Source: Chromera velia (taxonomy: Eukaryota). From it: a DNA stretch of 58,340 nucleotides. The DNA is taken from positions 1 through 58,340 of the forward strand of contig JAHBMJ010000060.1 in NCBI GenBank assembly GCA_018398765.1, in the 5' to 3' direction. Under the pieces are notes generated by a model. The model saw nothing but the letters and a program-made list of their open reading frames with translations. It was not told the DNA's origin and made no database searches. Shown here in pieces: positions 38,533 through 51,095 of the stretch (positions are counted from its first letter, which is position 1; each line of letters opens with the position of its first letter). The position numbers and the translations under genes were made by a program.

Positions 38533-39259
38533 AAAAAGGAAATTTGTAGACTTACAGACTTAAGTTACAGTCTAGGCTGGAGTCTGATTGATTGATTGAA
38601 TTCAGGCCGAAACTTGCCGAAAAGGTATTCTTCCCTCACCCAGAGTCACCCCTTTCCATTCTTCGTCGTATTAAATGAATGAAAGGTGCATGTCAAATTC
38701 ACAGTGTGCTGTTCGTCCGCTTGTCTTACGATAGCTAAGTCCAAACACCGGTCCAAATGATACAAACCGCCTTAACATCACGAACAGCTTCAAATGCCGA
38801 TCTCAATCCTTCTCAATCCAGGTGGATGACTGTGAAAGAAACTAAGTCTTGCATGCTATCCGACTTGGTTAGGCTGGCTCCGACCTAGGCTCCGACTCTG
38901 GCATGCAGAGCTAAAGAGGTGGGTCACCGCGGCTTTTAGCATAGCTGTGCAATCACTAGTGCAATCATTGAATATTAATGGACCTTTCATGCTGATATTG
39001 ATTGGTTGATTGATTGATTGATTAATTGATGTGTTCCTAAGATTTGTTCCACTCTAAGGCCTTTCCACTAACTCACTGGCAAATTGTGGCAATCTCTTGC
39101 CAAAAGATGTATTCAAGCTTAATCATTTTTTAAATTTATTCAATTGATCAAATCTCTCATCAAATTTATTTTCCATCCTTTTTTTTATATTTATCAACAT
39201 CATCACTAACACTAGCACTAACATCATCATCATGCATACGCCACCCCAAGGAGGAACAT

Positions 39260-39290
<31 letters not shown>

Positions 39291-39521
39291 TCCTATCTGA
39301 TCCTATTCTAACGGCAGAAGCAATGGTATATTTATTATTTTTTAAACATTGATTAGTCTACTATAGTTTGTTGATTGACGGAATGCATCAAATAGTTGAC
39401 ACCGCAGTTTCACCGTTTGCGGCACGAATTGCGGCAGTCTCTTATCAGTCTCTTCCAAGTTGAAGGAATCATTACGGACAGTGCAAGCTTTCTGTGAGAG
39501 CACGTATGAAAGAAACACTAT

Positions 39522-42500
39522 TCATCGTTGAGGCTTCGAATCTTGGCTGGCTGCGGTAGCTGTTGCATCTGCCCCTCCCCCTGCTTGTACAGCACTCTCC
39601 TCTCCCTCACCCTCTCCCCCCGGGCCCATTTCAGCTGCAACGGGTGCCGAGGCGGCAGGCACGGGGGGACTCAAGGGTGCCTCGTCGTGCCCAGCAGCAG
39701 ACCCGGCAACTGACTCGGGTGCAGATGCGGGGGGGGACTGGTGCGACGGGGAGACGGCAGAAGACGCCCCCTGCTGCCCGTCTCCATGCTCACCCCCCGC
39801 CTGGCCGTCTCCTTCTGGCCTGGGGTGTTTCCTTGGTCGTCCCTTCGGCCTTCCCGTGCCGACAGACTTGGGGGCTTGCTGGTTGGAGGAACTCTGGACC
39901 CGCGAGACGACTGAACCCGCAGCGGGGGGCACGAGGGACTGCATTGGGTGCTTTGGGGGGGAACCAGACTTCGCTAGGGGTTTCGGGCGTGTGCGTGTGG
40001 GGGAAGTGAGGGAAGCAGCGGCAGCAGCAGCAGAAGAGGAAGAGGATGCAGCAACGTCTCCCGTATCGGGACCTGCTCCACTTTCCTCTGTGACTGTACG
40101 TGCAAGAGCAGTGCCCCGCGCGAGTGTGGAGGGGACGATAGAACGAGGCTCCCATCCAGCAGCGCTATCCTCAGGTTCGTGATAGCGGGGGTTCAACTTG
40201 ATCTGACGGTGGGAGCGGGTGTAAACTCCTGAAGGACCTGGAGAGGGCGGTTGTTTCATTTCTCTTTCTCTTTCTTTCCTTTTCTGTTCTCTTCTTTCTT
40301 CTGTCATGACGGATCCTCGAGGTCTTCCTGGACCCCTTTTTTGAACAGTCTCACCATCCCCCTCATCATCTCCATCCTCATCATCATCGTCACTCGAAGG
40401 CTCAAGATCGGACTCTGCTTTCTTTTCTTTCTCCTCTGTTTTCACCTTCTTGTCAGACGACTGCTTCGTTTTCTCTTTCTCCGGCTTGTCTGCAGACTCC
40501 TCGCGCCCCCTTTTCTTGTCCTTTCCCGTTGAACCGGCTCCCGACGCAGTTCTTTGAACTGTTAGTCCTCCTTTCTTTTCTTTGGGACCCGACTTTTCTC
40601 TAGTCTTTTCCCCCGATCGCCCTAGTGCCTGTCCCTTCTCTCTACTGCCTGCAGAGGAGGAAATCGCCCCCTTCTTCACGCCACCACCTCCACTCACTCC
40701 TCCCGCCAAACCCCGGCTTCCCTGCTTGACCACCCCCCCCCTACTGGGAGCAGCACTAGACCCCCCTTGTTTCTTCGTCCCCCCCCCCCTGTCTCTGTCC
40801 CTATTCCCTCCCCCCACCGCCTCCTTCTTTCCCTTTCCCTTCAATCCCCCTTGTCCCTTTTCCTGGCTATCCGAGTCTTCTTGCTCGTACTGCGCATAGT
40901 CAGCAAGACCAGAAGAAGACGCCTCACGGGAATATGCCCCGGAACCCCGCTGATTCAGAGACGTGGACGACAAACGTCGAGGACCGACGCCCCCTACAGC
41001 CCGAGACACATGCACTCCCCCTCCCCCCCCACCGGCAAACCCCCCTGCTGCTGCTGCAGCTGCTGCTGAAGCCGCCCTATTGGCAGCTCCCATTGTCTGT
41101 ATGATTCTCTTCTGACGGGAGTGGTCTCGGAGGGATTGTTGCAGGAGGGCAATCCGGTGTCTCACTGCCTCCTTCCATGCGGGAAGGAGCCCCAGGTTCT
41201 GGATGGAAAAGGACTTCGCTTCGTTCTTCGTGCGCAGGGCGCTCACGCAGAAACTGTACGTCGACCAGTCGCAGCGGATACCCTGAAACTGCAGAGAGGA
41301 GAGAGAGGTGAGTCGGAGGCAGAGAAGAAGAGAAGAGAACAGAAAAGAGGTTAGATGCAATGAAAACAGGCAGCAAACGGAGATGTTCACAGACAGACAA
41401 GCACACACACGCACACAGAGGGATGACCATGTGAAGAAAAACGTGCACTTATTCCCTCAAGGAGATGATAAGAAAGAAAAATGTTACCCGCAGGCCAGCA
41501 GACGGTCATACCGAGACCGACGAATGTGCGCACGAGCACATCGCGAGCCTGCCTAGAAGTATGCAGAAAAGAAAGGAAGGCCTGTCGGTGTACTACTCAT
41601 CGCAAAAAAACGGGAGGAAAGAGAGAGAAGGCTCACAGAACCAAAGAAACAAAACACAGAGAATAAACCAAAGAAAGAAAGAAAGAAAGAAAGAAACAAG
41701 GAAGGACACCTTCGAATAACTGTGCGATGCTATACAGACAGACAGACAGACAGGCACAGTCTCTCTCTCTCTCTCTCTCTTCCTCGCTGCTGGCTGACCG
41801 ACCGACCGACCGACCTCAGGCAGATTGAAGAGGAGCATTCTGAGAATTTCGATCGGAAGTTTCTGGTGGCTTTTGTGTGGCTCCAGGATCTGATCGAAGT
41901 ACGACAAAACCTTGATGCCGATTCGGCGGATCGCCTTCCTCGCCATTTTCTCTACAGGGTCCTTGAATTTCAACGCCAACCACTCCCCCTCCCCCCGCCC
42001 TGTCGGAAGCTCCGAGGCAATCTCAAAATGAGGCTTGTACTGTTTGCACATCGGCAGACGCGTAGCAAGTTCTGCTGGTTCATGTTCGTCCCCTGAGTGC
42101 ACTTCCCCCCCAGTCCTCCCCGAGAGACGCGCCAACAGCGCTCGGAATGCGCGCCTCCGCGCTCTCTTGAAGCCGTGCCGACGGATACCAAAAGACGTGG
42201 GACCCCGCCACCCCTTCTTGAAATAGTGTTGGGCCAGGTCCCGCTTGAGGGTCCAAGAGAGAGTGTTGAAGTCGAACACCAGCCCCGGGATCTGCAAAAA
42301 GCCAAACAAAAGCAAAAAGAAAGAAAAACAATGGATCTGAGAGAGAGTGTTGAAGTCGAACACCAGCCCCGGGATCTGCAGGAGGGAACGTTACAAGATT
42401 GCGGGCGTGGACTTAGACAGACAAGACAGAATCAGTGAAAAGGAAACGGCCTCTCGGAAGGTAGGAATGTGTTTCCACAGTGCGCCAACGACTTCGCGAG

Positions 42501-45500
42501 GCAGGTTTGGAAGGGATGGAAGAAGGAAGAACAAAGCTCTCGGACGCACCGGGAGGAGAAGAGAAAATAAGAAGAGGAGAAAGGAAGAAAGGAAAGGAGA
42601 AAATGGCAGAGAAGGGAAGAGGAATCAACCCCACGCACAGACAGAACACTGAGGGCACATGCATTCTGTCAATGAATGAATGAAAACTCCTTTTGACTTA
42701 TTTAAATCTGTTTCTTATTCTCTTCCTTTTGCCTCGAAAGTTCCCCATAGCTCCCTCCCACCCCCTCTCTCTCCCATCACAAACAAAAGCTATGCCGTCA
42801 AGAAGAAGTAAGGTGCAATGAAAGAATAAAATAAAAATTCGATAGATCTGCAAGCAAAAAGAAAGAAAAACAAGCAAACAGAGAAACAAAGAGAGCAAGA
42901 AACTTACAAACAAGAAGGTCAACCAACCAGGAGGGTCACTTTCTCCACCAATTCCTTCATCACGCTTGTTTGGACAGGCCCTTCCCACAAGAGTTCCCCC
43001 CACACACGGTTATTCGCATCCAATGGGAACGGTTCTGTAATCGCCTCCTGTCCAGGGATCTGCGCATCCCGCACGTCGAGGATCTCTCTCTTCTGCCCAC
43101 TCACCCACACGGACCGGGTAGGGAACTCCTTCCCATACGCAATCACGTCACTCAAAATGCGGAGGGGGCGCAGGGGTGGGTACGTGGTCTCGGGGGAAGG
43201 GGACTGGCCGGGAGGCACCCGGGGGCCCGTGGGGGTTTGCAGCATTGGGGCTGCATTCAGTCCTCGGGGGGACCGCAGGGGTGATGCCTGCGGCAGGGGT
43301 GATCTTGGCTCGGTAACCATTCCCCTTTCGCGTGCAATCTGAATGAGGGGACAGTTGACAGAAGGGCAAAACCCCGTCGGGAGGCCGTCTCTTCTCGGTC
43401 GGCCCCTGGAGGCTTTGGCTCTTGCCAACATCTCCTGCAACGCTGCTTCTGTAGGCTCGCACTCACATGTCTTCCTCTCCCCCCCCTGACCCCACGCGTC
43501 TGCAGGTGCAAACGGAAACGAACTCACTGACTGCTGCTGAGGAAAGACTGACGATCCTGCTGCGGGTGACTGCCGGAGTACTTTCTTTCCTGCGGGCTCG
43601 TGAGCCAAAAGCACTCTCGGCACCTTCCCACCGACACGGGCCCACTGAGACCAGAATTCTATCGGACCTGCCTTCTCAATGGCAACGAAAGGATCGTCAA
43701 AGTCACTGTCGGCCATTTCAGCTTCAGTGCGGGGCCTGGCACCCAGAGGCAAGGGAAGGGAATTTCCATTTCCCCCTAGATTCCCCTGGTTAGAGGAGTT
43801 TTTACGGGGGTCCATGGTGAGTCCTGCCTCGACTGCGGCTTTGAAGAGCAAATTTCTCTGCTCACACATTTCGTACTCAACTCCATATGCAACGTCAGGA
43901 CCGTCTGAACCTGGTGTTTCGTATCCTCCCCCCTCACCGTTCAGTTCGCATAGAAGTGAATTTGTGTTTCTGTCTCTGATCTTTTTCTTCTTGTTCGGAG
44001 GAGCGGGAGGGAGGAGCTCGGTCTCATCAACAGGATCGAACGGAGGGAGGGGGAAGGACAAAGGGTCCTCCAATAAAGAACAAAAAGGCTTTGGGGGACG
44101 CGAGCGCTTCCCCCCATCCGAAGCCCGGTTGTTCATCCGATCCATCCCCCCTTCGCCATACATCCCATACCCATCCCCCCCCATCCCCGCCTCTCCCTCA
44201 TCCCCCCCCTCAAACCCCATTTCCGAATCTTCTTCTTCCACACGAATGTCGGGACCCTTCAAGTAAACAAACGCATTTCCCTCGAAGGAAGAACACGCAG
44301 GCGGGCCCGGGACCGACCACCCGACCTCCCCGCCCACGGCAGATGCGGCGGCGGGGCTCCCGTCCCTGTCTCTATCTCGGTAGGGGAAGAACGGGGACCT
44401 CTCGCGTCGCCTCCCCTCTCTTCTCTCAGGATCTGATCTGGCCACGATTTCCTGAATGCACCATGGGGTTTCGATCGACATCATGCAGATCAAAGAACAC
44501 ACGAAATCCGAACGACGGTGCAAGAATCCAAACGGAAGTCGCCATAAGCATTTTTCATCTGTCTGTCTTACCTGTGCAAACCCAAAGAAGGCAAAGGAGG
44601 GGAAACAAACATCTCTTGAAAGGAGAGAAGAACGTCGTGTCCACTTCCATCACCACTCAAGCAAAGATGGCCGAAACAAAGCATTGATTCTTATCAATAA
44701 GGGACAAACGGACAACCGCACAGATTGAAAATAGATCCACTTGACATCATGCCCTCACACATCCTCTCGGGAGTCCGCCGTCCCTTCGCAAAACGGAGAA
44801 ATGACGACTGATACCAGGGAGACAGAAAGAAAGCGGGTACATCGGCAGTCAGTGACAGGTCCACAAACTCAAGTTGTTGACTCGGGACACACATGCAGTT
44901 CCTTTTTCTCTCAAACATTCAAAAACAATTTACTCTGGAAGACAAACAGACAGAGCACAGCAGCGTAGATGGCTCTTTCTTCCTTTTCCCAGACACAAAG
45001 ACAGGCAGACTGGCAAACTGACCATCGCCGTCTTCCACGCCCGAAGCAGCTCTGGGTTCGGCAGGCTGTGCCACTCGGAGACTCCGAATCTTTCTCCGTG
45101 CTCCTGCAAGACCTCATCGGCCAGGGGACACGTCAGAAGCTTCTCCAGGGCCTCCTTTCTTGCCTCGATTCTCTTTCTTTCCTTCTCACCTTCCTCCTTC
45201 TCAGTCCCTTCCACTCCCATGGACACGTCGCCTCCATCTGCACCCCCCTCCCTCTCCTCATAATCAGTCAACATCAGATCCGCCCCAGACGCAACTACAG
45301 AGGCAATGAGGGACTTGCGTAGCGCCTCCACCTCCTCTCTTCGCTTTCTCTCCGAGTCTGCACGTGACCTCATGCCGGCCCGCTCCCGATGAGACACTGT
45401 CGCCGTGCCCCCACCAGTCGACAGCGGTGCCCCCGCCAGCTGCTGAGCCTGCTTGTGGGAAAAGCCCAGCAGAGACGCACGACCCGGGGACACGTCCGGA

Positions 45501-46979
45501 GACGGCAAGTCGCCCTTGGGTGTGCCAAACGGTTGACCAAACAAAGACAGCGACTCGTCGTCCCTCAAGAGACCTCCGGGGCCCGTACGACCTGCGGCAG
45601 GGGTGCTGGTTGCAGAGGTGAGCGCAGGGGGTCTGACTCCATTTGCTCTTTGTTGTGTCTGCTGCTGCTGCTGCTGCGGGGAGGCGAATGGGGGCGACTG
45701 GGCGAAGGAAGCGTGGCTGTTGTAAGTGGCGACATGCACAGCCTGCAGGGGCACCGGGGGATACCCAGGGGAGGGATGGGAAGCAGGGAAGGGGGGGCGA
45801 ACCATCGCCCCTCCCGGTCCTTGCATTGCAAAGGGGGGCAACGCGAATCCCCCGTGAGGGTTTGGGGGGGGTCCTGTACCCGCCTGGCTCATGGCTGGTG
45901 GTTGGGGACCGTCGAATGGCACGAGGGAGACGGACAAGTCGTGTGGGGACATGCCGGGGTGTGGGTGATGGGCTGGGGGGTACATTAAATTTGGGTGGTG
46001 GTGGAATGCGCGTGTGGGGGGGAATCCGTGAGGGCCATGGGGGGGTGGGGACATCGCTACCTGACTTCCACCGGGACCTACGGAGACGTGGGGGGGGAGG
46101 CTGCCAGGAGGACCGAATAAATGCATCTGAGACGGACCCCCAGGGCCAGGGGGGAGGGTGGGATAGTCCTCATTGCCGTCTCGTCTCATTCCCTTTGCAC
46201 CTGCTGGTGGCAGTTTCCTCCTGTTGTCTATACTCCCCTTGCCTGCCTGAGCCTGTGTCCGAGCTATCCCGCCTCTGGGGCTCATGGCTGGACGCGGCGG
46301 TGGTCGAGGGATGGTATTTGGTCTCGGGGGGTGCACATCCACCGTTGCCCAAGCGTGTGTGGCATCGGGCATTTCAGGGCTCCCCATTGGAGGGCCCCAG
46401 GCAGGACCAGGGACCCCGGCACCAGGGGGAGCCGGGGCCCCTCTGGGTGGTTGTGTGATTCCTCCTCCCTGAGGAGGGTACACTCTGGAGATCCCCCCAT
46501 TCTCCATACCTGCTGGGAGGAGGCGGTGTGCATCGGGAGGGAAGGGGGCGATGTGGGGAAGGGGATCTACGGATCTGGCTGTGTGTGTTGGGTCTGGAAA
46601 GGCCCCGGCGGGCATACCGAAAGTGTGGGAGGGGGGGGTTGGTGGGAGGGGTGGAAGGGGCGGCCGGTCGAGTGCTTTGAGTGCTGCCTCGAGAAATGTC
46701 TTTTTGGGTGCGCCTGGAGAGAGCCGCAGGGCCTCGCTGGATTCCTTCAGTGCCAACGCCGTCTCGTGGGGTCTCTCTGCGGCCCAATCACGCACTCTCC
46801 TCGTCACTGCACGGAGGCATTCGCGCTGAGTGGAGAGAACTGCGATGCCCTGCCCGGTGTGCCTGGAGACGGAATCTGACAGAGAGGGCACAGCTTTGAC
46901 TTCAAACCCAGACTCCGAGAGCTCGGAGGGAGGGGGGGCGGGGGGATCTGCATAGACAGAGATAGACAGACAAGACACA

Positions 46980-47022
<43 letters not shown>

Positions 47023-50000
47023 GGCGGAGAGACAGGTTCGTTTTGGATTGCTTTCAGGACAAACAGGCAAGAAGACAGGGGGTCAGACAAGCTACAGATC
47101 TCGGCTTCTTTTACTTTCTTTCAGACAGACGTACGGACGGACATGTGCGAAGGCAGTCAGGCGGATGCATGTCAGCTGTTTCGATGCCCTTTTTTCGCTT
47201 CAATCAGAAGCATCAAAGCCGAACAGAACAACACCAAAAAGCCACCCCCCCCCTGAACGACCTGTGAGTTCGGAACTGGAGCTGTAGTCTGGAAACAGCT
47301 CTCCTTTCATGGCCTCGAGGAAACGCACACTTCCCTCCCAAGCGAGTTGACGTTCCCGTACGGGGCCCGCATCGAAAGTCAACTCGTCCTGCGCGCACAG
47401 CGAGCGATCAATAAATAAAGTCCACAAAGAATCGAAAATCTCACACGCGAACGGTTAGAGAGAGAAGAACAGGGACTCGAACGGACACTATGCGAGAAGC
47501 TTAGACGGGAACGTGTCAACTCTTCCCTTCCGTCGCCCGGGAGAGACGAATGACCAAGACGAACCGAGAACCTGCCTAACCCACCCATGCGCGAATCTTC
47601 TCTCCTGCCTTTGCGAAAGCGCAAAGTCGGGGCCACCCTTTCACAAAAACCACTGCGTAGAGTATTTTCGGTTTGCGGGGTTGCCTCTGCTCTTCCCCCT
47701 TGGTTTCTCCAGGGGGTCGATAGAACGACACTTCCTCCGGCTCCACTTCCACCAAACAACGAAGGAAAGTGGAAGGCAACACCAAACCACCAGACCCTGA
47801 GCTGTTCTCTCCACACTCTTTCAGGACATCCTTCTCAGCTGCCTGCGCCTCTGCCACCCTCTTGGGCATCTGAGAGAGGGGCAAATTCTCCAGATGAACC
47901 TTGTTCACCGAGAACAAAGCCGGTCGCAAAGATGCTGTTCCCCCGCTAGCGGAAGAAGAAGAAGCAGAAGGAGCAGGAGACAAACCGCCTGCACTGTCTG
48001 CACTGGGAGGTGCTATCTGTGCCACATAGAAAGAGGCCGCCAGCCTCATTGGGGACCCGGGGGGGGTCTCCACGAGTTGTCGGAGGGTGGGAGGGATTCT
48101 GCGATCAACCATACATACAGAAGTGTGCATGCATAAATCATACAGAATGTGTGGCAAAATAATCAATGAACAATAGTACAGAATTAATGAAAAGAAATGC
48201 ATGTGGGAGGGATTCTGCAATCAACCATACATACAGAGGTGCTTTCGTCCACACATCAAAAAGGATGAAGGCGGAAAAAACCGTACTGATGTCGGGTGCG
48301 CCTTTGTTCAGTCGTCTTTTTTACAAGACAAAGGGGACGGATCGAGGAAAGAAGAAAAGCCAGGCGGCAAAACGTGAAAAAGGAAGAGGGTGGAGTTGCG
48401 CAGCCTTTTCCAACCTATGCAGCCTATCGAAGCCTGCAGGGGCAAACAAAAAAGAACCCGCCGGATATTCCGTCATCACAAATCTGAAAAGAAAAGAAAA
48501 AGCGCGGTCGATCGATCGAGGCAAACCATGCACATTCATTGTTGCCAATGCATTCTCTAGGGAGGGAGAGAGAGAGAAGGCTCGCGCGAGAGTCCAAAAA
48601 GGCATGCATCTCCGGGTGCGTTGCAGTCACGTTTTCCTTTCTTCTCCAACCTGTAGTGGTTCGCAAATGCCAATTCGTTTCCCTTCGTGGAAGCGTCCAG
48701 GACAAGCCAGCCCTCGGGACCCCTGTCTGCCAGCAGCCACAGGCGCAAACCGATGCACATCCCGGGAGCAAGGGGGGTGAACGGAGTGAGAAGAGAAGGA
48801 GGAGACTTCGGCACGGGCACCGGCCCCGTCCCTCCTGCTGGGGCTGCACCCGCTGCCGCTGCCGCCCCTCCCGCATACCGTCCCTGGGGCGACACGGCGG
48901 TGGGCTTCTCCGGGGGTGCAAATTGTTCGTGCAGCGCCATCCTTCTGTCAACCTCCTCCTTCCGCATCAAACGCACAATCCCCGTGACCTCTCCAAGGAA
49001 CATCGCGCGCGTTTCCTCTCCCACAGGGGTGGGTCCCAGGAAACCCAAGCCTGCGTGCGTGCGTCAGTCATATATATGTCAGACAATCGTGGCAACTGTA
49101 CAGATGCACAATGTGAATACATAACAGCCCCCCTTGCTCTTCACCCAGACACACGGGGGCTTCCCAGAAAGAAACCCTCCACTCAACCCTTTTTTTTCTT
49201 TCGGGCAATAGGTGCGGATGAAGCCTTTTGTGTTCCCTGACGGTTGCCAGTGGGAGCTTGCGGCAGACAGAAGAACCGAGCACAAAGGCGACGACAAACA
49301 CAAGCTTGCCTGTCTGAGTGACCAGTCTCCTGACAGAGAGACTGACCGAAGGACGCCTCAAAGTGTTTTGAGGTGATGCACGCGAGGTGACGGGGCTCCA
49401 CAATGCGGACAAGAGAGAGGTACAGGTTTTTCTCGCCTGCAATCAACCGTCCATCCATGCATCCGTCCATATGTCCATACATAAATTGATACGGAACACA
49501 CACAATTGCATGCCATAGACAAACCTTGCCCTGTGGGTGCACCCACACAGACGTACAGACACACACACACACACGGACGGAGGCACGCCCGCCCGCTCGA
49601 AACTAAAGGCACTTGGTGAGCGAGTAATTCAGCAAAGGGGGGGAGGTGCACCTCTTTCACTGGACTCACGCACCACATACACGAGATTGCGGACGCCCGT
49701 ACAGAAAGGAGACGGCACCTAGATTCTCGCATCGCTCTTTTGCCCACAGATGGGCAGGTGCGCTTCATTCCTTCCCCTCCCCTTTCGACCAATTCTCCTT
49801 ACACAGCAGAACGGACCTTCTTCGATCTGCCTGACGAGCTGCTCCTCGTCAGATGGGACTTCCCCTGGCCGTATTCCCTCAATGCGCACTTTCGCTTCGC
49901 CCCCCGCATGCTCGAGCATCGCGGTCCGTGCGGCCTCGGCACTTGGGTGGATCTCATTGTCTGCAAAGAAATTGTAAAGAGATAACATAGAGGACAACAG

Positions 50001-50339
50001 GGATGAGGCATGAAGGAGGCAAAGAGGAAAAGGGAATGAAGAGGGATGAACCTGAAGAGTGATCAACGAAACGACTGTTGCCGGGGGGAGAGGAGAAGCG
50101 AGATTTACTGTCTGCAAAGGGCAATTAAAACCGGACTGACGATTTAGCCACTGGTGTCTTCTCTTTAGACACGCCGTCTGTAGTTCTCCCCAAGTATCGG
50201 GGAAAAATACAGGGGGTGCACTCCCAGATCTGGACACGGTACTGTACGGTCTGCAGACAAGAACACACGAACAGAAATTCCAGCCAGAGGAAGAAATCAC
50301 GAGCGCCAACCATGAATTTTTCCCTTACCTGGAAAGCAT
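39522..50339 (-). CDS. ~2400-aa nuclear protein: degenerate SET domain + Pro-rich linker + two ApiAP2-like domains + two AT-hooks, 12 exons
   Basis: Phase-consistent GT-AG exons: 50339-50329, 50250-50052, 49960-49817, 49718-49670, 49436-49347, 49050-48651, 48098-47585, 47388-47262, 46947-45023, 44451-~42928, 42291-41815, 41288-39522. SET motifs FGLGF...FLGEVTG, VLDASTKGNELAFANHYR, GWPRLCAF...DELTFDAG. AP2-like IPGLVFDFNTLSW...SFGIRRHGFKRARRRAF and FQGIRCDWSTYSF...KSFSIQNLGLLPAWKEAVRHR. AT-hooks KRGPGRPRGS and GRPKGRPRK. The first four exons are less certain. Confidence 0.78.
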
Positions 50340-51095
50340 GACGCCGTAAGATTTTTCTGGACCTCTTCTGTACAAATAACCAGACGCCTACTGTCCCAAA
50401 GACAACGTCTCAGGGATTTCGCTTGCCCGGTCGAAATTTCGTCAGCAGAACGAACGTGTGTAAGCCAGCCATTCTCGGCTTTTGGAGCAAGTTTTCTGAG
50501 GTGGTCAGGTGAAGAAATTTTCCGGCGACATGGCCAACACGTAATCTTGACGGGAAGACCTCACGCTGCTTTCATCATGAACTTCTCTTCCTCCGATCGA
50601 AGATCAGAGATGTCTGTGTCGGTGCATGACAAGGGCGTCTGCAATGTATATATAGCACAGTCTGAAAATGGCCCCGCAATGCCACGAGTCTTACGATTTC
50701 AACAGATCCCGGAAAGCGAAATTTGAGCTGTAGGTGTTCCGGGGTCCCAGGATGTCCCAGGCTGGGCCCGCGAGGTTAATTGAATCTGAGAGGCCCCGGC
50801 AGAATTAGTGACAGGTCATCATACAGATGTCTGCAGGACTTCAATCTCGCGAGAAAACGATCTTCAATCCTCGAGATCGTCGCTCAGATTTGCAATGCAA
50901 CCCAATTGCAACATCACCTGGACGTGTCAAGTTCTCTGTTTCCTTTGAACGAAGACCTCGGAAAGATTTTGGCAGCATCGACTCTGCCTTGATAGCTACT
51001 CACCTGAGCACCGTCAGACAGAGTGGAAGTCCGACAGCAGGCAAAGAGAGAGCCGGCCTGTGAGGTATTAGGGAGGAAAGGCTGCAAGTAGAAAA

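Noticed and set aside
41815..41960. ACDC (AP2-coincident) domain between the AP2 domains
   Set aside because: Only a vague helical resemblance, and the segment is too short to support the call
44720..44807. Possible extra exon (SSFLRFAKGRRTPERM) in the SET-AP2 gene
   Set aside because: No phase-0 donor was found, and the flanking exons join directly in frame (AWKTAM|EIVARS)
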